Shown here piece after piece: positions 47,994-59,049 of a stretch of 64,000 nucleotides of DNA. The notes beneath the pieces were generated by a model. That model searched no databases. It worked only from the letters and a program-made list of their open reading frames with translations, and was not told the DNA's origin. A program made the position numbers and the translations under genes. This DNA is from Pseudomonadota bacterium. Its GTDB lineage: Bacteria; Pseudomonadota; Alphaproteobacteria; RF32; CAG-239. The stretch covers positions 1 through 64,000 of the forward strand of contig CAKJXZ020000010.1 of NCBI GenBank assembly GCA_918234285.1, in the 5' to 3' direction. Positions within the stretch are counted from its first letter, which is position 1, and every line of letters starts with the position of its first letter.

Positions 47994-49040
47994 ATGATTG
48001 ATTATATTTATTCGCCGCGTTTGGTAATTGCTGCAAAACGCGATTATGCGGTTGAAGGAAATCTGTTAAATGCCGCATTTATGAGTGCCGTTATGCATGA
48101 CGGCGATGCCGTGCGCAAGTTGGTACATAATGCCAGAATGGAAGGGCCGGATATTATGCGTTCGCTTTATCGTTATTATGCCGAGCATCGTGATAAAGAA
48201 ATTTTGTGGAACGAAATTAATAAAATAAATGAAAAATCGGTAAATTACGGTGAATGCGGTATTTATGCCGATACGGATAAAAACGGCAATAAAATAATTT
48301 ATGATTACGGTTGCAGTTTGCGCGGCGGGGAATCGTTTTGGGCTGATTTATCTTATTATGATAAAAGACATAATGTGTATAGCGGCAACAACGAGCAAAA
48401 AAACGTCAGTGTGGCCGAAGTTTTAAAAGATACAATCAACTTTAAGACTTATGTGCAAAACAGGCAGCCAAAAACTCCGAACGAAAAACTTAATTTGCTG
48501 TTGCAAAATCTGTTTTATGCCAAATATTACGGCGAAAAGGAGTTCAACGAAGCGACTTATCATAAGGCGTTGCAACTGCTGAACAATGATTTGGAAAATG
48601 CTTTTGCTGCAAAACAAAAACTAAAATCCAAAGATTATATGCCGGCGATAATTTTTTTAGATGAAAAATCGACGCAGGTTTTTGATAAAGTTGATTATTC
48701 AAGGCAACGTGTTTTTTATAAAACCCAAATCGGACAGGAAATTTTGCGTTTCGGTTATTTGACCGCGCTCGGTATTTATGAATTTGAGAAAGAGCCGATG
48801 CACGAGTTTTTGGATGAGGTAAAGTCGCAAGATTTATGGCAGGTGGCACAAAGTGTCATTACCCGAAAATTTGCGCATTGGGGATATCGCAAAAGCGTGG
48901 CGGCGAATCGGTTGTTGGAGTTGAATATAATAAAACCGCAACCACGGGAAAGGCTTTATAAACCTTATTATCAAGCCGATACGGAGCGGGCGGAATATAT
49001 TAATTTATATCTTTACACTAAAACAGCTGAAAAAGAATAA
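47994..49040 (+). CDS. Hypothetical protein
   Basis: Long ORF, no recognised motif. Confidence 0.7.
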   Translation: MIDYIYSPRLVIAAKRDYAVEGNLLNAAFMSAVMHDGDAVRKLVHNARMEGPDIMRSLYRYYAEHRDKEILWNEINKINEKSVNYGECGIYADTDKNGNKIIYDYGCSLRGGESFWADLSYYDKRHNVYSGNNEQKNVSVAEVLKDTINFKTYVQNRQPKTPNEKLNLLLQNLFYAKYYGEKEFNEATYHKALQLLNNDLENAFAAKQKLKSKDYMPAIIFLDEKSTQVFDKVDYSRQRVFYKTQIGQEILRFGYLTALGIYEFEKEPMHEFLDEVKSQDLWQVAQSVITRKFAHWGYRKSVAANRLLELNIIKPQPRERLYKPYYQADTERAEYINLYLYTKTAEKE

Positions 49041-49383
49041 TCGCGGCAACAACAAAGAAGTGTACGAAAGCCATTAAAACCAGCAGACTGCCTATATCTT
49101 TGGCTTTTTTGGAAAGCGGGTGAAATTCTTCGCCGATGCGGTCGATGACGGTTTCAATCGCCGTGTTGATTAATTCCATAAATAAAATCAAAAAAAGTGA
49201 GAAAAACAGAAAAGCCAAAGCCACGCCGGAAAGTGGTAAAAAACAAAGAACGAATCCGCACAACGTGCAAAAAAGCAAATCCTGACGAAAAGCGGCTTCA
49301 CTTAAAAAAACCGCGACAAAGCCGTCAAAAGAATATTGAAAAGCCTTTAAGATACGCTTGATTCCGGTGTATTCAGATTTCAT
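49018..49383 (-). CDS. dgkA: Diacylglycerol kinase
   Basis: EAAFRQ, ELINTAIETVID, AKDIGS. Confidence 0.92.
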   Translation of the reverse strand: MKSEYTGIKRILKAFQYSFDGFVAVFLSEAAFRQDLLFCTLCGFVLCFLPLSGVALAFLFFSLFLILFMELINTAIETVIDRIGEEFHPLSKKAKDIGSLLVLMAFVHFFVVAAIILFQLF

Positions 49384-49544
49384 TTTCTTCTCCGTTTTTT
49401 ATGAGTATATAAAGCTGTTTGCCGCAGTCAAGAAAAATTTGCGGTTTAGAAAATATATCTTGCTTGACAAATGAAATAATACGTTATATCAATGCGCCGT
49501 TATTTTTATTTTTTATAAATTTTGAAGATTATAATTTTAAATAT

Positions 49545-49925
49545 ATGGAAAAACAAAAATTGAATGTCGGCGACATCGTGTTGCGTAACAACGAGTTTTC
49601 ATCGCCGAAAATGCCGATTAAAGCCAAGGGAATTGTGCTGAATCAAAAGTTTTACGTTGATTTGGATTCGCTGATTAAAACTCCGATATCCAAGGAGGAA
49701 GCGTTGGTTTACGGTCGCAAAATGAATATTCTGTTGCCTACCGAAAGGCAAATGAATGTGATAAAGCGCAATATTAACGTGATAAATGAAAGCTTGCTCG
49801 GAATCGGCCGCGGCGATTGTCTGTTGTTTTATGACCATATTCAGGACGAATTTTGGACCAGGCGCAGTGAAGAAACCGGCAGTGAGAGGCGACGCGTTTT
49901 GTTTATTGCCCCGATAAGAAAATAA
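49545..49925 (+). CDS. Hypothetical protein
   Basis: Upstream TTGACA (49464) and downstream terminator (49924-49962). Confidence 0.7.
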   Translation: MEKQKLNVGDIVLRNNEFSSPKMPIKAKGIVLNQKFYVDLDSLIKTPISKEEALVYGRKMNILLPTERQMNVIKRNINVINESLLGIGRGDCLLFYDHIQDEFWTRRSEETGSERRRVLFIAPIRK

Positions 49926-49986
49926 AAAAAATCGTATCCGGTTTAAGGATACGATTTTTTTTGTTCGCAGTATATGTAGCAGCTTT

Positions 49987-50124
49987 TTACCAGCGCTGCA
50001 TATAATTAGCATCTTTCCACCACTCGGGGTCGAAGATTTTGCATCCGAACAACTTCTTCCCTGCCATCTGACCAAGAATGCCGGCAATCACGCCAAGCAA
50101 CATAAAAATAATACCTTTTTTCAT
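49987..50124 (-). CDS. 45-aa membrane peptide (absent from ORF track)
   Basis: MKKGIIFMLLGVIAGILGQMAGKKLFGCKIFDPEWWKDANYMQRW; TTGACT-N17-TATTAT promoter at 50210-50238; shared terminator. Confidence 0.6.
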   Translation of the reverse strand: MKKGIIFMLLGVIAGILGQMAGKKLFGCKIFDPEWWKDANYMQRW

Positions 50125-50340
50125 ATATATATGGATAATTTGAAATTTTGTATCGTTTCAACAGTACCCAAGGGTACAATAATTTATAAAATATAATAAA
50201 CTGAGAGAGATAATAGGGCAAAAAGCAAAAATAGTCAATAGCAAAAATAAAAAAATTGACAAATGAAAAAATATCGTCTATTTTATAATAAATTTGTATT
50301 ATTTTTTAGAACCCCTGAAAAGGCAGGGTACACAGTTATT

Positions 50341-50694
50341 ATGGCAAAAAGAGCAATTATTGTAGGCAACGTTGAGCGTCTGGCCAAGTTGATTGCGCCG
50401 GAGCGTGTGCAAATCACAGTGAATGCAAACACCACCACGATTGATGGTAAGACCATTAACGTCCGTGAGTTAATCACCTTTGAGGTGGAGACTTTTTCCT
50501 TTGAAAAACTTCCTTTTATGGAAACTCTCTGTAATTTGTCAATCGGCGACAGAGTGACGGTAACGTTTATCGAAAACGACAAGAACTGGGAAGTTTTCGA
50601 TATTGTTCACGAGCCACATCTCGGTCGATCCCCTGATGATTGGTTCAGAGATGCCCTGGAAGACATGAAATTTTGGGATAACAGAACAAAGTAA
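50341..50694 (+). CDS. Hypothetical protein, possibly OB-fold-like
   Basis: Upstream TTGACA (50256), LSIGDRVTVTF motif, terminator at about 50695-50735. Confidence 0.7.
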   Translation: MAKRAIIVGNVERLAKLIAPERVQITVNANTTTIDGKTINVRELITFEVETFSFEKLPFMETLCNLSIGDRVTVTFIENDKNWEVFDIVHEPHLGRSPDDWFRDALEDMKFWDNRTK

Positions 50695-50735
50695 AAAATA
50701 TCTGTCAGACTTAGCGGTCTGACAGATATTTTTTT

Positions 50736-50810
50736 TGGTAGTCCCGAGCAGAGTTGAACTGCTGACCCATCCATGTGAAGGATATGTGATAACCGTTTCA
50801 CCACGGAACT
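50736..50810 (-). tRNA. tRNA-Val(CAC)
   Basis: agttccgtggtgaaacggttatcac-a-tatcc-ttCACat-ggatg...gggactacca. Confidence 0.88.
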
Positions 50811-50829
50811 GTATAAAAAAGGGAAGTAT

Positions 50830-50904
50830 TGGTAGTCCCGAGCAGAGTTGAACTGCTGACTCATCCATGTCAAGGATACGTGATAACCGTTTCACCACGG
50901 AACT
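50830..50904 (-). tRNA. tRNA-Val(GAC)
   Basis: Same body with anticodon loop ttGACat. Confidence 0.9.
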
Positions 50905-50968
50905 GTAATACGCACATAATATACATTTTATTGATAATGTCAAAATATTTTTTAATATTTTTTATAAA

Positions 50969-51088
50969 TCAAAACCCGCCAAACATTAACATATGTCCGA
51001 CAGTCAGCAGGTGTATTTTATGCAATAAAGCAAATAGGGTAATAAAAGAGAGCGACGCGAATATTAAGTTATTGTAATTTGTTTGCAT
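50969..51088 (-). CDS. 39-aa hydrophobic peptide (absent from ORF track)
   Basis: GGAG RBS; MQTNYNNLIFASLSFITLFALLHKIHLLTVGHMLMFGGF. Confidence 0.5.
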   Translation of the reverse strand: MQTNYNNLIFASLSFITLFALLHKIHLLTVGHMLMFGGF

Positions 51089-51344
51089 TTTAGACTCCAA
51101 TATATAAAATGTTATATACTTGTAAAACAAAAAAATTAAAAAATCAACTAAATATTTATAAAAAAATAAAAATAAATACTTTTAGTAGGTTTTTTTAAAC
51201 GTGTAAAATATTTTTTAACAATACTAAAAATTTGTTTTTACGAAAAAAATATGCAAAAACCAATTAAAACTTGTATTAAAAAATTGACAAGCTAAATTGC
51301 AAAATTTATATATGAATATAGTGACTACAATTACGAGGTGAATA

Positions 51345-51848
51345 ATGAAAAAGAAAAAATCCATACGCGGCAGAATAGACGATAACGCGCCTAATCCGGT
51401 AGATGTGCATGTTGGAAAGCGAATCCGTTTAAGACGCACGATTTTGCATATTACGCAACAGCAGATGGCGGATATGTTGGGGTTAACATTCCAACAGGTT
51501 CAAAAATATGAAAAAGGAATGAACAGGGTTGGTGCCAGTCGTTTATGGGATATAAGCCGTGTTTTAGAAGTGCCGATGGGTTTCTTTTTTGAAGATATGG
51601 ATGATGTTGTGGCTGCACAAAGTCCGCGTATGCTTAATATTGAGCCGGATTCCATGAGTGTTTCGGAAAAACACTTACAGTTTGATGAAGATCCGATGAA
51701 ACGCGCTGAGACATTGGAATTGATTAGAGCTTATTATAAAATAACGAATCGTGCCATAGCAAAACAAATGTTTGATTTAATGATTGCTTTATCAAAATCG
51801 ACGGCCGGTTTAATGCGTATTGATGATAAACCGAAAAATGATAAATAA
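51345..51848 (+). CDS. XRE-family HTH transcriptional regulator
   Basis: PNPVDVHVGKRIRLRR...LTFQQVQKYEKGMNRVGASRL. Confidence 0.92.
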   Translation: MKKKKSIRGRIDDNAPNPVDVHVGKRIRLRRTILHITQQQMADMLGLTFQQVQKYEKGMNRVGASRLWDISRVLEVPMGFFFEDMDDVVAAQSPRMLNIEPDSMSVSEKHLQFDEDPMKRAETLELIRAYYKITNRAIAKQMFDLMIALSKSTAGLMRIDDKPKNDK

Positions 51849-52575
51849 GCAAAATGAAAAACCGAAGTTTTTCGGCAGACGCCAGGGGCGGGTAATTCAC
51901 AGAGCCAAAAGTTTTCTTTTAGATAATTTTTTGCCGCGAATCCGAATTGACAGTGATAAAAAAGCGAATTTGGAACAGTGTTTCGGTTCTAAAAAAGATG
52001 CTTATGCCTTGGAGATAGGTTTTGGTGACGGCGACCATTTGGCGACTCTATCGGCAAGAAAGCCGAACATCGGTTTTATCGGGGTGGAAGTTTACCGTAA
52101 CGGGGTGGCAAATCTGCTTTCTTTGATTACCGGTTTGAAAGACGGGCGCGACGAAGATTTGGCCAAAGAAATAAAATTGCTTCCGGATAGAGCTGATAAT
52201 GTCAGAATTTATGATGACGACGTTAGATTATTGTTTGCGGCGCTACCGGATGGTTGTTTTGATAAAATATATCTGCTGTTTCCGGACCCGTGGCCGAAAA
52301 GCCGTCATGCCAACCGGCGTTTTATCAACCCGGATAATTTGCGGGAATTGGCGCGATTATTGAAAAAGGGCGGTATATTGCAAGTAGCGACCGATCACCC
52401 GATTTATAAAAAATGGACATTGGAGACGATGCATAAAAACAGCGATTTCAGATGGACGGCAAAAACCTCTGATGATTGGCGGAATCCGCCGGCTGATTGG
52501 GCGGAAACCAAATATCAGCACAAGGCCGTGAGAGAGGGGCGTCGGCCGGTGTTTTTCGAGTTTGAAAGAATATAA
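51838..52575 (+). CDS. trmB: tRNA (guanine-N7)-methyltransferase
   Basis: LEIGFGDG, FPDPWPKSRH, ATD, TKY motifs. Confidence 0.93.
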   Translation: MINKQNEKPKFFGRRQGRVIHRAKSFLLDNFLPRIRIDSDKKANLEQCFGSKKDAYALEIGFGDGDHLATLSARKPNIGFIGVEVYRNGVANLLSLITGLKDGRDEDLAKEIKLLPDRADNVRIYDDDVRLLFAALPDGCFDKIYLLFPDPWPKSRHANRRFINPDNLRELARLLKKGGILQVATDHPIYKKWTLETMHKNSDFRWTAKTSDDWRNPPADWAETKYQHKAVREGRRPVFFEFERI

Positions 52576-52579
52576 AAAA

Positions 52580-52855
52580 TCAAAGTAACTCTTTTAAGGT
52601 TTCTTCGACCGAATCGGCATATTTATGCGGTTGCGGCTTGCTCTTTAGATAATAATAACTCAGCGAAAAAAGACGGATGGCCGGTGTCATACCAAGGCAG
52701 GAATTATGATTATCCTTGATTTTTTCAAATAAAGTTTTCCTTTTGAGTTTTTCACGATAACATATTTCATCAATAATTTTCCACTCGGTATTGGTCAGTC
52801 GCATGCAGGTTTTTTTATCAAAAACGGAAATAACTTTATTTACATGTTTAAGCAT
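52580..52855 (-). CDS. Ribbon-helix-helix domain protein (RHH_4-like)
   Basis: T.MRL...EW..I.EI...AIRLF...YY pattern. Confidence 0.7.
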   Translation of the reverse strand: MLKHVNKVISVFDKKTCMRLTNTEWKIIDEICYREKLKRKTLFEKIKDNHNSCLGMTPAIRLFSLSYYYLKSKPQPHKYADSVEETLKELL

Positions 52856-53258
52856 AATATCCTCTCAAGTTGTTTTTTTACAGAATATAAATCATTAAAT
52901 GTATTGTTTCAATTAAAAATATAAAAAATAAACAAACTAAACCTGTAATTATTAAAAAACACGGCGGTTGAAGTTGTGGAAAACAGAATCTTTGCTCTTA
53001 TTTTTGACTCAAATTTGACTCATTGAAAATTTCGGCATTTTTTTAAAATTTTTTTAATTTTTTGCTTGCATTTGCGTTTTTGTTATGTTATAAGCGCGCT
53101 ACAACAATTGTTTTGAGAGGGTTTACCTCGCAGCGAAGCAAATATAAAATATAGCGCAAACCTTTGTTGCGAAAGCGTTTGCAAAGATTAACAAATTTTA
53201 GATAGCAGGGAATTCCTTGTTGGTTTTTTTTGCTGTTTAGTTATAGGAAAAGTATAAA

Positions 53259-53567
53259 ATGGAAACACAAAATATACGAATTCGCCTTAAGGCTTTTGAT
53301 CACAGATTGCTCGACCTTTCTACCACGGAAATCGTGCATACTGCCAAAAGAACGGGCGCAAGCGTCAGAGGTCCGATACCTCTGCCTAACAAAATCGAAA
53401 AGTTTACGGTAAATCGTTCGCCGCACGTTGATAAAAAGTCTCGTGAACAGTTCGAAATCCGTACACACAAAAGACTTTTGGATATTGTTAACCCGACACC
53501 GCAAACCGTTGATGCTTTGATGAAGCTTGATTTGGCTGCCGGTGTAAATGTTGAAATAAAATTGTAA
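53259..53567 (+). CDS. rpsJ: 30S ribosomal protein S10
   Basis: [10 protein letters not shown]...[14 protein letters not shown]. Confidence 0.98.
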   Translation: METQNIRIRLKAFDHRLLDLSTTEIVHTAKRTGASVRGPIPLPNKIEKFTVNRSPHVDKKSREQFEIRTHKRLLDIVNPTPQTVDALMKLDLAAGVNVEIKL

Positions 53568-53622
53568 TTAATGTTGGCGCCTTATAAGGGTTGTCAACCT
53601 ATTAAGAAAAGGAAAAATAATA

Positions 53623-54345
53623 ATGCGTACTGGTCTAATCGCAAAAAAATTAGGAATGTCCCGCATTTTTCAGGCCGACGGAACTCATGTTCCTGTAACG
53701 GTTTTGAGTGTTGAAGGTTTGCAGGTAGTTAATGTAAAGACTGCCGAAAAAGACGGATACAACGCCGTACAATTGGGTACCGGCGCCGTAAAAGCCAAAA
53801 ATGTAAGCAAACCGCTTAAGGGATATTTCGCTAAGGCTAAAATTGAACCGAAAAAGAAATTGTGGGAATTCAGAGTTTCTGATGACTGCTTATTGAATGT
53901 CGGTTCGGAATTGTCGGTTGAACACTTCGTTCCGGGACAATATGTTGACGTATGCGCCACCTCAAACGGTAAAGGCTTTGCCGGCGTAATGAAGCGTTAC
54001 AATTTTGCCGGTTTGGAAGCAAGTCACGGTGTATCTATTTCTCACCGTTCGCACGGTTCTACCGGTCAAAGACAAGATCCGGGTAAAGTTTTCAAAGGTA
54101 AGAAAATGGCCGGACACATGGGTGCTGAACGCGTTACCGTTCAAAATCTCAAGGTTGTTTCGGTTGATTCTGCCAGAGGCTTGATTATGGTTAAAGGCGG
54201 CGTTCCGGGTTGCGAAAACGCATGGGTAAGAATTACCGATGCCGTTAAGAAGCCGGCTACTGTTGCTTTGCCGATGCCTGCCGGATTGAAAAAAGTTGAT
54301 GAACCTGTTGTGACAGCTGAAGTTTCGGCTGAGAATGCAGAATAG
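53623..54345 (+). CDS. rplC: 50S ribosomal protein L3
   Basis: [31 protein letters not shown]. Confidence 0.98.
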   Translation: MRTGLIAKKLGMSRIFQADGTHVPVTVLSVEGLQVVNVKTAEKDGYNAVQLGTGAVKAKNVSKPLKGYFAKAKIEPKKKLWEFRVSDDCLLNVGSELSVEHFVPGQYVDVCATSNGKGFAGVMKRYNFAGLEASHGVSISHRSHGSTGQRQDPGKVFKGKKMAGHMGAERVTVQNLKVVSVDSARGLIMVKGGVPGCENAWVRITDAVKKPATVALPMPAGLKKVDEPVVTAEVSAENAE

Positions 54346-54360
54346 TTTAAGGATAAAGAA

Positions 54361-54984
54361 ATGAAACAGGACATCTTAAATTTAGAAAATAAAAATGTCG
54401 GTTCCATCGAACTGAACGACTCGATTTACGGTTTGGAAGTTCGTTCCGATATTTTACAACGCGTTGTAACTTGGCAGTTAGCGAGATTACAAAGCGGCAA
54501 TCACGCTACCAAAGGTCGCTCCGATGTAGCTTTGACGCCGTCCAAGCCGTTCAGACAGAAAGGTTCGGGTAACGCACGTCAAGGCTCCAGAAAAGGTGCT
54601 CAATTCCGTAAGGGTGGTGTGGTATTTGGTCCGATTGTAAGAGATCACTCTTTTGATTTGACCAAGAAATTCAGAAAACTCGGTCTGAAGACCGCTCTTT
54701 CCGCGAAAGCGAAAGAAGGTAATCTTATCGTTATTGATGAAGCAAAGTTGTCGGCTCCTAAAACAAGTGATTTGAAAGCAAAATTAAGTGCTTGCGGACT
54801 GACAAACTGCCTTATTATTGACGGTAAGGATGTAGATGTTAATTTTGCTTTGGCAAGCCGCAATATCGAAGGAATCGATATTCTTCCGACAATCGGTGCC
54901 AATGTATACGACATCTTAAAGAAGGACAAATTGGTATTAACAAAAGATGCAGTAAGTTGCTTAGAGGAGAGATTAAATGGCTAA
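54361..54984 (+). CDS. rplD: 50S ribosomal protein L4
   Basis: [14 protein letters not shown]. Confidence 0.98.
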   Translation: MKQDILNLENKNVGSIELNDSIYGLEVRSDILQRVVTWQLARLQSGNHATKGRSDVALTPSKPFRQKGSGNARQGSRKGAQFRKGGVVFGPIVRDHSFDLTKKFRKLGLKTALSAKAKEGNLIVIDEAKLSAPKTSDLKAKLSACGLTNCLIIDGKDVDVNFALASRNIEGIDILPTIGANVYDILKKDKLVLTKDAVSCLEERLNG

Positions 54985-55291
54985 GAACAAATCAAACAAT
55001 GTAACTGCAGCAATGTATGATACATTGGTTCGTCCGGTAATTACCGAAAAATCTATGGTTTCATCGGAAGCTGGAAAAGTGGTATTCGAAGTACCTTTAT
55101 CAGCTACCAAAGAAAGCGTTAAAGCTGCAGTTGAAGCAATTTTTAACGTAAAAGTTACCAAGGTAAATACCATTAAACAGTTTGGTAAGGCTAAGAGCTT
55201 CAGAGGTCATATCGGTCATCGTTCTGACTTCAAAAAAGCTATCATTACCCTTGCCGATGGTCAAAACATTGATGTTACAACAGGAATTTAA
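54977..55291 (+). CDS. rplW: 50S ribosomal protein L23
   Basis: PVITEKS, KKAIITL. Confidence 0.97.
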   Translation: MAKNKSNNVTAAMYDTLVRPVITEKSMVSSEAGKVVFEVPLSATKESVKAAVEAIFNVKVTKVNTIKQFGKAKSFRGHIGHRSDFKKAIITLADGQNIDVTTGI

Positions 55292-55293
55292 TC

Positions 55294-56127
55294 ATGGCTT
55301 TGAATACATATAAGCCCACATCTGCAGGACGTCGCCAACTGATTCTCGTTGATAAGAGCGAGTTATACAAGGGCAAGCCTGAAAAGAGTTTAACGAAAGG
55401 TATTTCGAAAACAGGTGGGCGTGATAACTACGGACACGTTACAAGTCGTCGTATCGGTGGCGGTCATAAACGCAGCTATCGTATGATTGACTTTAAACGT
55501 AATAAATTTGATTGTGAGGCAACAGTCGAGAGAATCGAGTATGATCCGAATCGTACGGCATTTATCGCTTTAATCAGCTACAGTGACGGCGAAAAGGCTT
55601 ATATTTTGGCTCCGCAAAGACTGAAATCCGGCGATAAAGTAATTTCTGCTTCTAAGGCAGATATTAAGCCGGGTAATGCAATGCCTTTAAAGAATATGCC
55701 GGTTGGTACGATTGTACACAACATTGAGCTGAAGGCGGGCAAAGGCGGCCAGTTGGTACGTTCTGCCGGTTGTTATGCGCAAGTTGTTGGTAAAGACGCC
55801 GGTTATGTTCAATTGAAGTTGAATTCCGGCGAACTGCGTATGGTTCGTGAGGAATGTTTGGCAACGGTTGGTGCCGTTTCCAATCCGGATAACCAAAATA
55901 TATCTCTTGGTAAGGCCGGTCGTAATCGTTGGCTCGGAAACCGTCCGGTTTCCCGCGGTGTAGCGATGAACCCGGTTGATCACCCTCTCGGTGGTGGTGA
56001 AGGCCGTACATCCGGTGGTCGCCATCCGGTTACTCCGTGGGGTAAACCGACTAAGGGTGCCAAGACTCGTTCTAACAAGAAGACAGATCGCTTTATTATG
56101 AGATCTCGTCATGATAACAAGAATTAA
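55294..56127 (+). CDS. rplB: 50S ribosomal protein L2
   Basis: [22 protein letters not shown]. Confidence 0.98.
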   Translation: MALNTYKPTSAGRRQLILVDKSELYKGKPEKSLTKGISKTGGRDNYGHVTSRRIGGGHKRSYRMIDFKRNKFDCEATVERIEYDPNRTAFIALISYSDGEKAYILAPQRLKSGDKVISASKADIKPGNAMPLKNMPVGTIVHNIELKAGKGGQLVRSAGCYAQVVGKDAGYVQLKLNSGELRMVREECLATVGAVSNPDNQNISLGKAGRNRWLGNRPVSRGVAMNPVDHPLGGGEGRTSGGRHPVTPWGKPTKGAKTRSNKKTDRFIMRSRHDNKN

Positions 56128-56142
56128 TAAGGAGAAAAGCTA

Positions 56143-56418
56143 ATGACTCGTTCTGTATGGAAAGGACCTTTTGTTGATGGCTATCTCTTGAAGAAAGCTG
56201 ACGCTGCTAGAAATTCTAGCCGTAATGAAGTGATTAAAATTTGGTCTCGTCGTTCTACCATGTTACCGCAATTTGTCGGTTTAACATTTGGTGTTCACAA
56301 CGGTCACAAATTTATTCCGGTATTGGTTACCGAAGATATGGTTGGTCACAAATTCGGTGAATTTGCTCCGACTCGTACCTTCTACGGTCATACCAAAGAA
56401 ACTGCGAAGAGAGGTTAA
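56143..56418 (+). CDS. rpsS: 30S ribosomal protein S19
   Basis: [19 protein letters not shown]. Confidence 0.98.
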   Translation: MTRSVWKGPFVDGYLLKKADAARNSSRNEVIKIWSRRSTMLPQFVGLTFGVHNGHKFIPVLVTEDMVGHKFGEFAPTRTFYGHTKETAKRG

Positions 56419-56420
56419 TT

Positions 56421-56777
56421 ATGGCTGAGAATAGTATTAAACAAGCAAAGGCAGTTTGCCGTTCAATCAGAACCAGTTCACGCAAGTTGAACTTGGTAGC
56501 GCAAACCATTCGCGGTTTGAAGGCTGAAAAAGCGGTTGCCGAATTAAGCTTCTCTAAGAAGAGAATCGCAAAAGTGGCTCTGGAATTGTTGCAATCTGCA
56601 ATTTCCAATGCCGAAAATAACCACAACCTTAACATTGATAAGCTCGTTGTAAGCGAAGCTTATGTAGGTAAAGGTATTGTAATGAAAAGAATGAATGCGC
56701 GTGGTCGCGGCAGAAGCGCTCGTATTTTGAAGCCGTTTTCTTCCATGACCATCGTTGTTTCGGAGCGTGGGGAGTAA
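56421..56777 (+). CDS. rplV: 50S ribosomal protein L22
   Basis: SAISNAENN motif and operon order. Confidence 0.97.
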   Translation: MAENSIKQAKAVCRSIRTSSRKLNLVAQTIRGLKAEKAVAELSFSKKRIAKVALELLQSAISNAENNHNLNIDKLVVSEAYVGKGIVMKRMNARGRGRSARILKPFSSMTIVVSERGE

Positions 56778-56781
56778 ATAA

Positions 56782-57453
56782 ATGGGACAGAAAGTTAATC
56801 CTACCAGTCTTCGTTTAGGTGTAAATCGCACTTGGGACTCTCGTTGGTATGCTGAAAATGATAAGTTTACCGACTATCTCCACGAAGATCTGAAAATTAA
56901 AAAATTCTTGAATGAAAAGTTGGCTCAAGCCGGCATCAGCCAAATCGTTATCGAACGTTCGGCTAAAAAAGCAAGAGTTACAATTCATTCGGCCAGACCG
57001 GGTGTTGTAATTGGCAAGAAGGGTCAGGATATCGAGAATGTAAGAAAAGACATTCAAAAATTGACCGACTCCGAAGTTCAATTGAACATCGTTGAAGTAA
57101 GAAAACCGGAGCTGGATGCCAAGTTGGTTGCTGATTCTGTGGCTCAACAGTTGGAACGCCGTGTGGCTTTCCGTCGCGCCATGAAGAGAGTTATGCAGTC
57201 TGCTTTGCGTTTGGGTGCTGAAGGTATTAAAGTTAGCTGCAGCGGTCGTTTGGGTGGCGCAGAAATTGCTCGTACCGAATACTACCGTGAAGGCCGCGTG
57301 CCTTTGCACACATTGCGTGCGGATATTGACTATGCAACCTCAACAGCTCATACAACTTATGGTGCTTGCGGCGTAAAAGTATGGATCTACAAGGGCGAAA
57401 TCATGAGCCACGATCCGATGGCGCAAGACAAGAAGTTGACTGAACAAAAGTAA
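56782..57453 (+). CDS. rpsC: 30S ribosomal protein S3
   Basis: [19 protein letters not shown]. Confidence 0.98.
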   Translation: MGQKVNPTSLRLGVNRTWDSRWYAENDKFTDYLHEDLKIKKFLNEKLAQAGISQIVIERSAKKARVTIHSARPGVVIGKKGQDIENVRKDIQKLTDSEVQLNIVEVRKPELDAKLVADSVAQQLERRVAFRRAMKRVMQSALRLGAEGIKVSCSGRLGGAEIARTEYYREGRVPLHTLRADIDYATSTAHTTYGACGVKVWIYKGEIMSHDPMAQDKKLTEQK

Positions 57454-57471
57454 TAACGCGAGGTTAGAGAA

Positions 57472-57906
57472 ATGTTAAGTCCAAAACGTTTGAAATTCCA
57501 CAAGCAGCATAAAGGTCGTATTCACGGCATGGCTAAAGGTGGTTCAGAATTAAATTTCGGTTTATACGGTTTGAAGGCTCTGACTCCTGACCGTGTGACG
57601 GCACGTCAAATCGAGGCAGCTCGTCGTGCAATCACACGTCAGATGCAGAGAGCAGGAAAACTGTGGATCAGAATTTTCCCGGATGTACCGGTATCGGATA
57701 AACCGGCCGAAGTACGTATGGGTAAAGGTAAGGGTGCTATCGAATTTTGGGTAGCCAGAGTTAAACCGGGTCGCATTATGTTTGAAATTACGGGTGTTTC
57801 GGAAGAAATCGCTCGCAGAGCTTTTGAACTGGGCGCCGCAAAATTGCCGGTTAAGTGCAAATTTGTAAAGCGTTTGAACTCTGATATCGTTAAAGGAGAC
57901 GCATAA
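57472..57906 (+). CDS. rplP: 50S ribosomal protein L16
   Basis: RMGKGKG, WIRIFPD. Confidence 0.98.
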   Translation: MLSPKRLKFHKQHKGRIHGMAKGGSELNFGLYGLKALTPDRVTARQIEAARRAITRQMQRAGKLWIRIFPDVPVSDKPAEVRMGKGKGAIEFWVARVKPGRIMFEITGVSEEIARRAFELGAAKLPVKCKFVKRLNSDIVKGDA

Positions 57907-58103
57907 TGGTTAAAACAAAAGATTTACGCGCTATGACGATTGATGAATTGGAAAGCAAGTTAGTAGAATGCAAAAAAGAGCAGGCTAATTTGCGTATTCA
58001 ACAATCAACCGGTCAACTTGAGAATGTTTCCAACATTCGCAAAGTTCGCCGTGATGTAGCCAAAATCAACACGCTCATTACTGAGCGCAAGAAGAATAGT
58101 TAG
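57906..58103 (+). CDS. rpmC: 50S ribosomal protein L29
   Basis: Size, sequence and operon order. Confidence 0.95.
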   Translation: MVKTKDLRAMTIDELESKLVECKKEQANLRIQQSTGQLENVSNIRKVRRDVAKINTLITERKKNS

Positions 58104-58113
58104 GAGAAAGAAT

Positions 58114-58353
58114 ATGCCTAAGAGAATTCTTCAAGGTGTTGTTGTTAGTGATAAACAGGATAAAACTGTCGTGGTCAGTGTAGAGCGTCAGGTTATGCAT
58201 CCGGTTTACAAAAAATTCGTGAAGAAGAGTAAAAAATTTGCCGCTCACGATGAAAACAATCAGTACAAGGTTGGAGATCAGGTTTCTATTGAAGAATGCC
58301 GTCCGATTTCCAAGAACAAATCTTGGACTGTGATTTCGTCTGATAACGCCTAA
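58114..58353 (+). CDS. rpsQ: 30S ribosomal protein S17
   Basis: [21 protein letters not shown]. Confidence 0.97.
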   Translation: MPKRILQGVVVSDKQDKTVVVSVERQVMHPVYKKFVKKSKKFAAHDENNQYKVGDQVSIEECRPISKNKSWTVISSDNA

Positions 58354-58372
58354 GATATGAAGGAATAAAAAA

Positions 58373-58741
58373 ATGATACAAATGCAAACCAACCTCGATG
58401 TTGCTGATAATTCAGGCGCACGTCAGGTGCAGTGCATCAAGGTTCTTGGTGGTTCCAAGAGAAAAACGGCTTCTGTGGGTGATGTCATTGTTGTAGCAAT
58501 ACAAGATGCGTTGCCGAGAGGACACGTTAAAAAGGGCGATGTATATAAAGCTGTTATCGTGAGAACGGCCAGCGATATTCGTCGCAAAGACGGAAGTGTA
58601 ATCCGTTTTGACAGTAATGCCGCAGTTTTAATCAATAAAGACGGTGAGCCGATCGGTACTCGTATCTTCGGCCCTGTTACGAGAGAATTGCGTGCAAAGA
58701 AATTTATGAAAATCATTTCATTAGCACCGGAGGTATTGTAA
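58373..58741 (+). CDS. rplN: 50S ribosomal protein L14
   Basis: [14 protein letters not shown]. Confidence 0.98.
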   Translation: MIQMQTNLDVADNSGARQVQCIKVLGGSKRKTASVGDVIVVAIQDALPRGHVKKGDVYKAVIVRTASDIRRKDGSVIRFDSNAAVLINKDGEPIGTRIFGPVTRELRAKKFMKIISLAPEVL

Positions 58742-59049
58742 TGCCTAAAATGAAAATTAAAAAGAACGATACGGTTATCATTTTGTCGGGCGACGACAAG
58801 GGTAAAACCGGCGTTGTAAAAAAAGCACTTCCGAGAGAAAGCAAGGTTGTTGTTGAAGGTTTGAATATGGTAAAGCGCCACACCAAACCGTCGCAAACAA
58901 CTCCGGGCGGAATTATCTCGAAAGAAGCAGCAATTCACGTTTCCAATGTTGCCATTGTTAAAGAAGGCAAGGCAACCAAAGTCGGCTACAAAACCGTAGA
59001 CGGCAGAAAGGTTCGTGTTGCTCGCAAAACCGGTGATGTAATCGATTAA
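58741..59049 (+). CDS. rplX: 50S ribosomal protein L24
   Basis: [13 protein letters not shown]. Confidence 0.97.
   Translation: MPKMKIKKNDTVIILSGDDKGKTGVVKKALPRESKVVVEGLNMVKRHTKPSQTTPGGIISKEAAIHVSNVAIVKEGKATKVGYKTVDGRKVRVARKTGDVID

Noticed and set aside
50539-50943. ORFs with duplicated peptide sequence
   Set aside because: Artefact of translating the two tRNA-Val genes.
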